A DNA stretch of 64,000 nt from Octopus sinensis (lineage: Eukaryota), in NCBI RefSeq assembly GCF_006345805.1, contig NC_043020.1:10478001-10542000 (forward strand), given 5' to 3'. Below are positions 1-12,692 of this stretch, piece after piece. The position numbers and the translations under genes were made by a program. How positions within the stretch are numbered: the first letter of the stretch is position 1; each line of letters opens with the position of its first letter. The notes below the pieces were generated by a model. That model had not been told where the DNA came from, ran no database searches, and was given only the letters and a program-made list of their open reading frames with translations.

Positions 1-1615
1 AAAGATTCTGAGGGTTTCTTGTAGGCTGCATGTCCGTGCTCTCTTTTGGCCCGTACATGGTCAGCTCTACCATGTTGTGATCCGAGAGTAGTGTCGGTGT
101 CACTTTCACATTATGGATGAGATCCATATTATTTGTGAAGCAGAGATCCAGTGTGTTACCTGCCCTAGTTGTTGGAGTATTACTTGCTCCATGTACAGGG
201 TGTTGATGAGGTTCAGGAGGGACCTCGCCTGTCCTCGTTCACATCTTGTCATTCCTGGGAGAGAAAGGCCCTCGGACAATCTGACATTGGGTAGATTGAA
301 GTCTCCCATAAGAAGTACACTTATGTGTTGTTCTAATGTGATTAGAACTTCTATTTTTATAAGGCAGTCTTCAAACTTGCCTACAGGGCTTGGGGCATCT
401 GGAGGGCGATATATAGCACACATAACTACATAATTGCCTTATATGTACAATTAGTGTGTCACACACCAGAGTTTGAGTATGACAAAAGGACCTGGGGTGT
501 GAGGTCCTCACGGATGTACATAGCAACTCCTCCATGACTCCTTTCTTTTCTGTCGGTCCGTAGTACAACACACTGTGGTATGTGTAACTCCGCATCTGCT
601 ATGTCCGGTTTCAGGTGCGTTTCCGTAAGTGCTATGCATAAGGCTTGATTGCATGCGACAAAGTCTCTCAAGAACGGGATTTTTGTCCTGTTACTGAGTG
701 TTTGCAGTCCTCTGATGTTCAGTAGGAGCATCGAGGTGAGGTGTATGTTGCTCCCGGCGGTGTCCATCTTGGGTCTGTTTGCTGTGGTGGTCTTGTTTAT
801 TGTGGGTAGTCCTACCTGCGAGCTTGGGTTTGATGAAGTCAGGTCAGCTGCTGTACAATCTTTTGTGCCATGCACAAAAAAGATTGTTGCTCAGCAGCTG
901 CCCTTTCAACAACATCATGTTGGCGGTTTGTGGTACGCACCACATCTGCGTACCTCCGTTTTGGGGCAGGTGGTGCGTGGTCCATCCCTTTTCCTTTCGG
1001 TGGTTGGTTTCTGCGGCAGGGTCCCGGATGTGCAACACGGCAGCCTGCACCTTCCTCTCCAGGCCGGCTGGCACCTCTCAGGTAGAACCTACATACCCGT
1101 GTGCGCTGCTTGTTTCCATCCTTCTTGGCATATGGATAGTTAGGTTTGCTTCTATCCTAGGCTGTTTGGTTTTTTGGTTTTGCCTGAGTTTTAGTTTTAG
1201 TTTTTCCTCCTTTTTTGGTTCTTTCATCTCCATGTCCATGGCTTTTGGTGCCGGTAGGAGCACCCGCACTTGGGTTTACCTCCTGGGCAGGTTTCTCACT
1301 GGAGTTTTCTTCCTGGGCGTCTACCAGGTGGGAGTGACCTTTTTCATCAACGCCCGCGTCTCCATCCTTGCCATCTTTACTTTGTTCGCGTTTTTCGCTG
1401 TGAAAGATGGCATCCAGCGTGTTAATGTGCGATCTGACAAGTGCGTAGGAGCGTATAAATTCTTGCTTCTTCCGCTCTATTTGAGCTGACGTCCTTTTGT
1501 ATCCGCTGCTCTTCAGCGCAGCCGTAATTATGTTATTTGGATTTTCTCCGTCAGCGCATCACCATCCTCTCAGGAACAACGCCAGTTCGTCATTTTTCCA
1601 GGTTCTGGACATTCT
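1..1615 (-). mobile_element. 5' half of a decayed CR1/L2-group LINE (ORF1 + APE endonuclease)
   Basis: Frameshifted endonuclease motifs LLNIRGL, ALTETHL, DRKERSHGGVAMYI, IYRPP, LMGDFN (ORFs 459..875 and 106..423). ORF1 remnant VCRFYLRGASRPGEEGAGCRVAHP near 1025-1095. Confidence 0.85.
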
Positions 1616-2223
1616 TGATATTTTATCTATCTATCTATCTATCTAATTATATTAATTTATATTAATCTAATAGTGCAATAGGGGGTAGGGAAGAAATAGA
1701 GAAAGAGAGCGTCTATGTACTTAAGGAGAGATTGGGAGCCGAAAGAAGAGAGTAAGAGAGAAGAGGAAGAGGAGAGACTGAGAGATTAAGAGCTGAGAGA
1801 GGAGAGTAAGAAAAGAAGAGAGTAATGAAGAGACAAGGAGAAGCGTGAGGGAGAGAACTGAGGAGACAGAGAGAGAAGGAAGAAATAGAGAAAGAATATA
1901 TATATCTGTCCGCAGAAGATTTCTAAACGAAACTAATTGCACACACACAAACAGCTAAATAAAACACAAATATATACACATGTATACATATACATATATA
2001 TATATACACATACAGATACATACACACGTGTGCACATACACATATATAAACAAGAATAACAAATAGAGAACTGAAGAGACAGAGAGAGAAGGAAAAAATA
2101 GGGAAAGAAATATATATATATCTATATATATATAGATATATATATATATATATCCGACTATACTTCTAACACACACATATACATATACATACAAATATAT
2201 ACACACATGTGCGCATACACATA

Positions 2224-2462
2224 TATAAACAAGAATTAACGTTAGGTTATTACGGAAATATAAACAAGAATTAACGATAGGTTATTACGGAAATATAAAC
2301 AAGAATTAACGATAGGTTATTACGGAAATATAAACAAGATTTTACGATAGGTTATTACGGAAATATAAACAAGAATTAACGATAGGTTATTACGGAAATA
2401 TAAACAAGAATTAACGATAGGTTATTAAGGAAATATAAACAAGAATTAACGATAGGTTATTA
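2224..2462. repeat. 35-bp minisatellite, ~7 copies
   Basis: Unit AAACAAGAATTAACGATAGGTTATTACGGAAATAT in tandem. Confidence 0.95.
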
Positions 2463-2929
2463 CAGAGTTGTAATTTCGGGTAAATGAATTAATGAAAAGG
2501 AGTACTTATGTTATGAAAGGTAGAGGAAGAGGTTTTTTTTTCCAAAAAAAGAAAAGAAAGACGGTTCTTTTTGCTGTTAGGGTCGACTGGAAATAAATTT
2601 AGAAGATTCCACCATGTGCTTTTTTCGACAGGAAGAAATCTTGTGTGCGTTGCTAACTTAAGTGAACAATACTTGACTTGCAGCAAAATATATTGCGGTT
2701 TTTAAACAAAATATCCAAGTACACGTCTATAAGGTAACAATTTCTACGATTTTTGTGAGTTTTCGCCAATTATTTCGTCGATTTATGCAAACCTTCTAGT
2801 TTTTTTTATCACAGAGCAAAGCAACACGTGTTTACTCTACGAAGCCGGAAGTCATATATATATTATATATATATTATATATATATATATTATATATATTA
2901 ATATATATATATTATATATAATATATATG

Positions 2930-3135
2930 TGTGTGTGTGCGTGTTTGTCCCTCCACCATCGCTTGTCAACCGAAACTAGTGTGTTTACGTCCCCGTAACC
3001 TAGTGCTTCGGCGAAAGATACCGATAGAATAAGTACTAGGCTTACAAACAATAAATTCTGGAGTCGATGAGTTCGACTAAATACTACGGTGCTCCAGCAT
3101 GGCCGCAGTCAAGTGGCTGAGACAAATAAAAGACT
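2930..3135 (+). mobile_element. SINE family A, 3' half
   Basis: Ends ...ggtgctccagcatggccgcagtcaag..gaaac/gagacaaataaaaga as in full copies elsewhere in the window. Confidence 0.8.
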
Positions 3136-3384
3136 AAAAGAATTTCAATGGTATTGTCCGTCAGCCTTCCTCTTTTTCTCTCTTAAGATTTGATTGCGGG
3201 GAAAACCCAATCTAGAAAATAGAAACCAAGCTCAAACCTACGTGGACAACGAGAGCGATAGTAGTTGTAGTAGTAGTAGTATGTTTTCGTTCATGTGTTT
3301 TCACAGGTTCCCATTCGCCCACGCAATGCTTCTTCATGGTATAGATAAATGAGTGAATGACGTCATCTACTAATACTGAAAGAC

Positions 3385-3430
3385 CATATATATATATATG
3401 TGTGTATGTATATATATATATGTATATATA

Positions 3431-3461
<31 letters not shown>

Positions 3462-3842
3462 TAATGTATATATATATATATATGTGTATATATGTATATG
3501 TGGGTATTTATATATCTGTATATATAGATATATATATATATATATATATTATTATATATATGTGTGTGTGTGGGTGTTGTATTTATATATCTGTAGATAT
3601 ATATATATATTTATATATATACACACATATATATACGTGTGCGTATATAAATATATATATATGTATATATAATACAAGTATATATTATATATATTTATAT
3701 ATATGTGTGTATATATATATTTATATATATATGTGTATTATATATATATATGTATATATGTTGTATATTATATATATTATGTATATATATATATGTGTGT
3801 ATATAATATGTATATGTGTGTGTATTTATATATCTGTATATA

Positions 3843-3880
<38 letters not shown>

Positions 3881-3935
3881 TGTGTGTGGTGTGTGTGTGT
3901 GTGTGTGTATTTATATATCTGTATATATATATATA
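3385..3935. repeat. (TA/TG)n compound microsatellite
   Basis: Low-complexity tract; source of spurious YI-rich ORFs. Confidence 0.95.
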
Positions 3936-4365
3936 TTAGTGTCATCAGCAAATATTTTCACTTTGCAGTGATGTACGACACTGGAAGGTCGTTTATGTGA
4001 ATTATGAAGAGTAGCGGACCCAAGACAGTCCCTGGAGGACACTGCTGGTGATTTTTCTGGGCTTGAGTGGACTCCATCAACTACAACATGTTGTGTTCTA
4101 TACGCCAGGAAATACTTAATCCAGTGTAGAACTTTTCCACGGATTCCAACACTTGCCAATTTTGAAAGTAGGATATTATGGTCTACCCTGTCGAACGCTT
4201 TACTGAAGTCAAGATATATGACATCAGAGTTCGAACCTGTTCCCAAGGCTTTGAGTACATCTTCAATGTGGTGTAAGAGCTGTGTTAGACAGTCCCTGCT
4301 ACAACGAAAGCAATGCTGATTTGCATTTAGGAGTTTGTGGGTCTCCAGGAAGTACATATGGGTAC
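3936..4365 (-). mobile_element. LINE reverse-transcriptase fragment (inverted copy of 4860-5287)
   Basis: ORF 3911..4375 with DFSKAFDRVDH and KIFADDT; reverse complement of the + strand RT region. Confidence 0.9.
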
Positions 4366-4501
4366 AGGGCATCAAAAAAACAATGAGAAACGAAACCTAA
4401 AAACAAATATATATTTTTGTGTGTGTGTGTGTGTATGTATATATAAATGTTTATATATATATATATATATATCACACACATAATGTATTATTATATACAT
4501 A

Positions 4502-4541
<40 letters not shown>

Positions 4542-4859
4542 AATTTATATATCTGTATAATATATATATATATATATATATTATACACACATATAATACG
4601 TGTGCGTATATAAATATATATATATGTATATATATATACAATTATATATATACATATATTATATATATATATATTATTATATATATGTGTGTATATATAT
4701 ATATTTATATATATATGTATATATATATATTTATATATACATATATGTGTGTGAATATATATATATATATACATTTACATATACATACACACACACACAC
4801 AAATATATATATTTGTTTTTATGTTTTCGTTTCTCATTGTTTTTTTGATGCCCTGTACC

Positions 4860-6230
4860 CATATGTACTTCCTGGAGACCCACAAACTCCTAAATGCAAA
4901 TCAGCATTGCTTTCGCTGTGGCAGGGACTGTCTAACACAGCTCTTACACCACATTGAAGATGTACTCAAAGCCTTGGGAACAGGTTCGAACTCTGATGTC
5001 ATATATCTTGACTTCAGTAAAGCGTTCGACAGGGTAGACCATAATATCCTACTTTCAAAATTGGCAAGTGTTGGAATCCGTGGAAAAAGTTCTACACTGG
5101 ATTAAGTATTTCCTGGCGAATAGAACACAACATGTTGTAGTTGATGGAGTCCACTCAAGCCCAGCAAAAGTCACCAGCAGTGTCCTCCAGGGGACTGTCT
5201 TGGGTCCGCTACTCTTCATAATTCACATAAACGACCTTTCCAGTGTCGTACATCACTGCAAAGTGAAAATATTTGCTGATGACACTAAGCTCCAGCAAAT
5301 CGTGAATGAAGAAGCAGACCGAACGCAACTCCAGTCTGATCTATATTCTGTGAGTCAATGGGCAGACAGAAACAAAATGCAACTGAACGAGGGAAAATTA
5401 GAGGTGGTTCATTTTGGAAGAAATTCCTCACTAAAACAGCCATACTCTCTTCCTTCAGGGGAACCGCTCACAGCCTCTAACAATATCAGAGACCTGGGTG
5501 TAATTGTTGATGACGATCTCAGTTGGAATGCACACATCAACAAGAAGGTCGATATAGCTCGTAGGATGAGTTCCTGGATCTTAAGAACTTTCCGGTCCAG
5601 AGAACAAGGTGTCATCATACCACTTTTCTCCTCCTTTCTACGGCCACACCTCGAATACTGCTGCCCACTGTAATCTCCCCATACAAGACAAAACATCTCG
5701 AGGATTGAATCACCCCAGAGGGCACTCACTAAACGAATTGAAGGCATGGCTGCTCTCGATTATTGGGATCGCCTTAAAGCCTTGAAACCCTACTCTCTCT
5801 AGCGTCGCCGTGAGCGGTACATCATTTGTACGATGTGGAGAATATACCGCAAACTTTGCCAAAACGACCTGAACTTTAGCTTCAAGGTTCATCCAAGACT
5901 GGGACCACGGGCCATACGTCCCCTGCCCAATTCAAGATCACAACATAATTTCTTTTCTTCAACAGGCCCTGTCCTATTTAACATTGTCCTGAAAGAGATC
6001 AAAGAGGAAAAGGATCCCATCAACTTTAAACGGAGTCTGGATAGATTCCTTCAAAGAATACCAGATAAGCCACCCATAATTGGATACAACTCACCTAACA
6101 AAAACTCACTTCTTGAATGGACCATAAACAAAACTTGACTTAAACAGGATTCAAATAATCCTATCAGGTGGTGCTATTATGTTAGACATGGCCTGGACCA
6201 ATCTTTAGTCGAAACATATCTAAGTTTATA
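4860..6230 (+). mobile_element. 5'-truncated CR1/L2-group LINE, RT and C-terminal region (pseudogene)
   Basis: NQHCFR, DFSKAFD, QGTVLGPLLF, FADDTK, RPHLEYC motifs across ORFs 4821..5105, 5068..5673, 5833..6138. Frameshift and internal stops; 3' end runs into (TA)n. Confidence 0.92.
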
Positions 6231-6242
6231 TATATATATAAA

Positions 6243-6365
6243 AGAGACCGATAGAATAAGTACTAGGCTTACAAACAATAAGTTCTGGAGTCGATGAATT
6301 CGACTAAATACTACGGTGCTCCAGCATGGCCGCAGTCAAGTAGCTGAAACAAATAAAAGACTAAA
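6243..6365 (+). mobile_element. SINE family A 3' fragment
   Basis: Same tail as 3017-3135. Confidence 0.75.
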
Positions 6366-6494
6366 AGAATTTCAATGGTATTGTCTGTCAGCCTCTCTCT
6401 CTTTCTCTCTTACCATCTTGAGATTTGATTGGGGTGGAAAAAACCACTCTAAAAATAGAGACCAAGCTCAAAACCACGTGGGCAACGAGAGCGA

Positions 6495-6527
<33 letters not shown>

Positions 6528-6663
6528 AGTAGTAGTAGTAGAAGTAGTAGTAGCAGTAGTAAGTTTTCATTCATGTTTTCACAGGTTCCCATTCGCCCAC
6601 GCAATGCTTCTTCATGGTATAGATAAATGAATGAATGACGTCATCTACTAATACTGAAAGATC

Positions 6664-6732
<69 letters not shown>

Positions 6733-6778
6733 AATATACATATATAATGTATGTATATATATATATAATGTATATATA

Positions 6779-6823
<45 letters not shown>

Positions 6824-6998
6824 ATATATATATGTGTGTGTGTGTGTATATATCTGTATATATATATACTTTATTTTTAAAGCAGCAGAAAATTCAATTT
6901 GTTGAATTTTCTGCTGCTTTAAATAAAGCATATTACTCTTACCACTGGTATTCGAGTACTCTTTTTTCCACCTTGTTTCACATTTATGTGTTTACTCC

Positions 6999-7059
<61 letters not shown>

Positions 7060-7460
7060 CTAGCAGCATCGCCCGGCGTTGCTCGGGTTTGTAAGGGAAA
7101 TAACTATATAAGCATTTTTAGAGAGTTATAGCCAAAAAATAGCCAAAAAATGTATTAAAAATGGAAAAAAAATTAAGGTAAATTTTTTTTTTAAATCGTT
7201 GACACATCGTAGATATTTTTAGAGAGTTACTTCCCTTATATAATTGCAAAAAAAATGCATTAAAATGGAAAAATATGATGGTAAATTTTTTTTTAAATCG
7301 TAGACTCATCGTAGACGCGCGCTAATACCCAGAAGGGCTCGATATGACTCATGACTTTAAGATACCCGCTTTTGGTTAAACTGCACCGCAAAATGTGGGA
7401 ATAGTTAGGAATCTAAATCGTAGGAGACAGACACACAACTTCACTTTTATATATAAAGAT
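7060..7460 (-). mobile_element. Non-autonomous Helitron (no helicase insert)
   Basis: On the minus strand: 5' TCTTTATATATAAAAG; 3' CCCG-AGCAACGC-CGGG hairpin then CTAG followed by T. Ends shared with 10694-11540. Confidence 0.8.
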
Positions 7461-7571
7461 ATAAGCCACGTAGTTATATACACATACTTTGTTATATACA
7501 CATTCTTAAAAGAAAATGTTATTTTGAATACAACATTTATAAAGAATAAAATATTTTTTGGTTTTTCTTAA

Positions 7572-8220
7572 CCCTTTCGTTACTATATTTCTGACCAAAA
7601 TACACCTCTTATGTGTTTCAATTAATTTCTAACGTAATCATAAATTTAGTCTGGTTTCATTAAACAACTATAACTTTTTTATTTATCAATATATTAACAT
7701 GAATTTTGGAAGATAATTTAATGAAATGTTCTCAACCAATTCTATACTATAATTTTTGTCACAAAGTGACTCTAATTGCAGGTAGATACAGGTAAATTTT
7801 GTTCAAACATCACTATAGAAAATGGGTTATTAGCTAATATTCAATTGGGTATACAACAAAATTTTACGATAGAATTTGTTATTCTGGGTAACTTTCTGAT
7901 ACCCATAATAATATTTATGGCAAAATAGGCCTTAATTTCATTTAAGGTTGTGGGAAATAACAAACTATCCTTTCTTTCGCTTTGTTTACGTTTAGCGTAA
8001 CAGTTCGTTTCCGCCGTAATGATTTCAAATAGGCTCATTCGAAAAAGTAAAAAGAAATAGTCTAAGGCTTTACTCTTCTGGGAAAGTCTGTGGCTTGGTC
8101 CAGTTTCTTCAGAAAAATTACCGAAAGAAACAGTTTTTAAATTTTCACTCCATTCAGGTGCCAATTCATTTTCTTTATCGCTGTCGGAGCTCTCGGATTC
8201 ACTGTTTTCACTTTAATCGT
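7572..8220 (-). mobile_element. Internally deleted piggyBac relic
   Basis: TTAA + CCCTTT terminus at 7568-7577. ORF 7841..8164 (LDYFFLLF..LFEIITAETNCYA..TTLNEIKAYFAINIIMGIRKLPRI) resembles the piggyBac transposase N-terminus. Confidence 0.75.
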
Positions 8221-8249
8221 TGCACACTTGCAAAGAAGCAGGAGGAGAT

Positions 8250-8820
8250 ATTAGGGTGATAGCATCAGTGAAGCAGATCGCTCCCTTTTTGTGTGTGTGT
8301 GTGTGTGTGCTATAGCCCACACTAAGAAAAGCACTTGACTAACACACCAGAATGTGAGTTTTCTCTAAATTTTGCTTAATTGGGGTTGAAATTTTAAAAA
8401 CTGGACCTGGCACGACCCGATTTATTCTACTCTTAAAAATGCTAGGTAAATTGTAATTGAAGAAATCCTATATTGTAGATTTCTATAAGAGACAAAGGGA
8501 GGCAGATAAAATCTGCCTTTTATAATAAGAGATATCTCTTATTATAAAAGGCAGATTTTATCTGCCTCCCTTTGTCTCTTATAGAAATCTACAATATAGG
8601 ATTTCTTCAATTATAATTTACCTAGCATTTTTAAGAGTAGAATGCATCGGGTCGTGCCAGGTCCAGTTTTTAAAATTTCAACCCCAATTAAGCAAAATTT
8701 AGAGAAAACTCACATTGTGGTGAGTATGTCAAGTGCTTTTCTTAGTGTGGGCTACAGCACACACACACACGCACACACACACAAACGTAGCGAACTGTTT
8801 CACTGACGCTATCACCCTAA
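8250..8820. repeat. Zero-spacer palindrome formed by two head-to-head Helitron-like 5' ends
   Basis: Centre AAGAGAT|ATCTCTT at 8533/8534; arms pair register-exact to at least 8311/8756 and continue to ~8250/8820. Confidence 0.9.
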
Positions 8821-9270
8821 TTAAAGTGAAAGTAATTCACTTTTTGTAGTGAGTGACTCTTTCACTCTGCATTCCCACTTCCTCTTTACACACATAGACA
8901 CGCAAATATATAAATAAAATTATAAGCTAACGTGTGTGTGTGTGTGTGTGCGTGTTTGTGAGTGTGTGTGTGTGTGCGTGTGTGTGTGAGGGTGCGTGTG
9001 TGTGTGTGTGTGTGTGCGTGTGTGTGAGTGTGTGACAGGAAAGTTTTTTAGGACGAATATAAGATCTAAAGTATTTCCAAGTAGCAGAAAGATCGCCCAA
9101 AAGTGTATATAGATATTTAAATGTATTTATATATTCATCTATACACAGATGTATGTATAATGTGTGTATATATTTCCATAGAGGTAACCTTTCACTCCAT
9201 ACAAAGTTTTTTAGGACGAATATAAGATCTAAAGTATATACAAGTAGCAAAAAGATCGCCCAAAAGTGTA

Positions 9271-10690
9271 TATCTCTTATTATAAAAGGCAGATTTTATC
9301 TGCCTCCCTTTGTCTCTTATAGAAATCTACAATATAGGATTTCTTCAATTACAATTTACCTAGCATTTTTAAGAGTAGAATGCATCGGGTCATGCCAGGT
9401 ACAGTTTTTAAAATTTCAACCCCAATTAAGCAAAATTTCGAGAAAACTCACTTTGTGGTGTGTAAGTGAAATGCTTTTCTTAGTGTGGGCTAGAGCACAC
9501 GCACACGCACACACACACAAACGGAGTGAACTGTCTCACTAATGCTATCACCCTAATTTCTACTACTTTCTCTTTGCAAGTCTACCTTACATCACTACTC
9601 AAAAAAAGCAGCAAACAGAAACAAATAAATACATAACGATTTACTCCTCACACAATTTCTTCAATTAGACTTTACCTATGATTTTTCAAAGTACACCCAT
9701 TGGGTCATGCCATACAAAATTTCTTTCAATTTCACCCCCAATTAAGACAAAATTCGAGAAAACTCAATATTTTAACATTTCACTTTGAAGCCTTTACTCT
9801 GCCTATTACTCCCACTTCCTCTTTAGACACATAGACACGCTAATATATACGACAGTGTCAATTGTTGACAGACATTGCAAGCTAACGTGTGTGTGTGTGT
9901 ATGTGTGTGTGTGTGTGTGCGTGTGTGTCTGTGTGTGTGTGTGTGTGTGTGTGACAGGGATGACCCATTCAGACTGGCCATCCTTTTTGCTAGAAGATCA
10001 CCTATGCTACACCACTGGTTTTCAGTTCATATCAATCAAATTAATATTCACAAGAAGAAGGACTATTCATTATAATACATCAGTTCCATCGGACAACTGC
10101 ACAAACATTTGCCATTTTACACATGTATGTAAACAAATTCCTTTCTTAAATTCATTTTCTTTTTCAATTCATACAAATTTATTTAGGACGAATATAACAT
10201 CTAAAGTTATCTCTAAGAAACAGAAAGATCGCCCAAAAGTGTATATAGATATTTAAATGTATTTATATATTCATCTATACACACATGTATGTATAATGTG
10301 TGTGTATATATTTCCACAGAGGTAACCATTCACTCCGCACAAAGTTTTTAGGACGAAAATAACATCTAAAGTTCTCTCTAAGAAGCAGAAAGATCGCCCA
10401 AAAGTGTATATAGATATTTAAATGTATTTATATATTCATCTATGCACACATATATGTATAATGTGTGTGTATATATTTCCATAGAGGTAACCATTCACTC
10501 CATACAAAGTTTTTTAGGACGAAAATAAGATCTAAAGTTATCTCTAAGAAGCAGAAAGATCGTCCAAAAGTGTATATAGATATTTAAATGTATTTATATA
10601 TTCATCTATACACACATGTATGTATAATGTGTGTGTATATATTTCCATAGATGTAACTATTCACTCCATACAAAGTTTTTTCTAGGACGA
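9271..10690 (+). mobile_element. Helitron-like element (5' TCTCTTATTATAAAAG family) ending in a 165-bp satellite
   Basis: 5' region matches 8535-8800, followed by CA/TG tracts and 165-bp units as in 8535-9270. Confidence 0.6.
10185..10690. repeat. ~165-bp tandem repeat (3 units; further units at 9049-9270 and 11541-11819)
   Basis: AGGACGAAAATAA...CATACAAAGTTTTTT recurs at 10185, 10350, 10516, 10684. Confidence 0.9.
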
Positions 10691-10693
10691 AAA

Positions 10694-11540
10694 TCTTTAT
10701 ATATAAAAGAAAGGTTGTGTGTCTGTCTACTCCGATTTAGATTCCTAACTACTCCCACATTTTGCGATGCAGTTTAACCAAAACCGAGTATCTTATAGTC
10801 GTGATTCATATCGAGCCCTTCTGGGTATTAGCGCGTGTCGACGATGAGTCTATGATTTTACAAATAATTTACCATAATTTTTTTCCATTTTAATGCATAT
10901 TTTTTTAAATAACGGGAAGTAACTCTCAAACTTCACACCAATATGCGTGCTCATATGCGACGTAATATCACATCAGCAGCATTTCCTCACACCCTCCTTG
11001 CACTTGGCGAAGGCAAAATACCAGGGGATGAAAATGGTAATATTGCCATCGACTCCATTTGTACCATTGTTAAGACGCCTTCTGATCTCAGATATGCAGT
11101 GTTCCCAGAGCTACAAGCTAATCATCAGAATATGGACTGGATTGGCAAAAAGGCTATACTGGCCCCGAGGAATAAAACTGTTCACCATATTAATGATGAA
11201 ATGCTAAAACTCATTCCTGGGGAAGTCTATGTATATCAGTCTATTGATACAACTCCTGACCCACAGGACGTCATCAACTATCCAATAGAGGTACTCAATT
11301 CCTTTGAGCACCCCGGACTACCACCACACATTCTCAAACTTAAAGTTGGTGCCCTTATAATGCTCATCAGAAATTTGGTTCCCCCAAAACAATGCGATGG
11401 CACACGTTTGATCGTTAAGTCCTTATCTCCCAGCGTAAACTTATATCAATATTTGCCTGAATAATCATCATCATTCAGTGCAATCATTAACAGTACTTTC
11501 AAGCAATTCAGCCCCGAGCAACACCGGGCAATTCTGCTAG
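10694..11540 (+). mobile_element. Non-autonomous Helitron carrying a PIF1-family helicase fragment (copy 1)
   Basis: A|TC 5' end, GC hairpin + CTAG|T 3' end. ORF 10943..11464 has ILAPRN, YxSID, GLPPHILKLKVG, MLIRNL..CDGTRL (RepHel helicase motifs). Confidence 0.9.
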
Positions 11541-11819
11541 TAGAGATTTAAATGTATTTATATATTCATCTATACACAGATATATGTATAATGGCGTGTA
11601 TATATTTCCATAGACGTAACCATTCAATCCATACAAGCTTTTTAGGACGAAAATAAGATCTAAAGTTATCTCTAAGAAACAGAAAGATCGCCCAAAAGTG
11701 TATATAGATATTTAAATGTATTTATATATTCATCTATACACACATGTATGTATAATGTGCGTGTATATATTTCCATAGAGGTAACCATTCAATCCATACA
11801 AAGCTTTTTAGGACGAAAA

Positions 11820-12664
11820 TATTTATATATAAAAGAAAGGTTGTGTGTCTGTCTACTCCGATTTAGATTCCTAACTACTCCCACATTTTGCGATGCGCTT
11901 TAACCAAATTCGGGTATCTTATAGTCGTGATTCATATCGAGCCCTTCTGGGTATTAGCGCGCGTCTACGATGAGTCTACGATTTTACAAATAATATACCA
12001 TCATTTTTTCCATTTTAATACATATTTTTTAGATAAAGGGAAGTAACTCTCAAACTTCACACCAATATTCGTGCTCATATGCGACGTAATATCACATCAA
12101 AAGCATTTCCTCACACCCTCCTTGCACTTGGCGAAGGCAAAATACCAGGGGATGAAAATGGTAATATTGCCATCGATTCCATTTGTACCATTGTTAAGAC
12201 GCCTTCTGATCTCAGATATGCAGTGTTCCCAGATCTACAAGCTAATTATCAGAATATGGATTGGATTGGCAAAAAGGCTATACTGGCCCCGAGGAATAAA
12301 ACTGTTCACTATATTAATGATGAAATGCTAAAACTCATTCCTGGGGAAGTCTATGTATATCAGTCTATCGATACAACTCCTGACCCAGAGGACGTCATCA
12401 ACTATCCAATAGAGGTACTCAATTCCTTTGAGCACCCTGGACTACCACCACACTTTCTCAAACTTAAAGTTGGTGCCCCTATAATGCTCATCAGAAATTT
12501 GGTTCCCCCAAAACAATGCAATGGCACACGTTTTATCGTTAAGTCCTTATCTCCCAGCGTAAACTTATATCAATATTTGCCTGAATAATCATCATAATTC
12601 AGTGCAATCATTAACAGTACTTTCAAGCAATTCAGCCCCGAGCAACGCCGGGCAATTCTGGTAG
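11820..12664 (+). mobile_element. Non-autonomous Helitron with PIF1 fragment (copy 2)
   Basis: Near-identical to copy 1; ORF 12079..12588; termini mutated (TA start, GTAG end). Confidence 0.9.
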
Positions 12665-12692
12665 TATAGATATATATATATATATATATATG

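Noticed and set aside
3398-4957. Many YI/CV/HT-rich ORFs (also 6662-7131, 14073-14696, 54548-55307 and others)
   Set aside because: Translations of (TA)n/(CA)n microsatellites; no codon complexity
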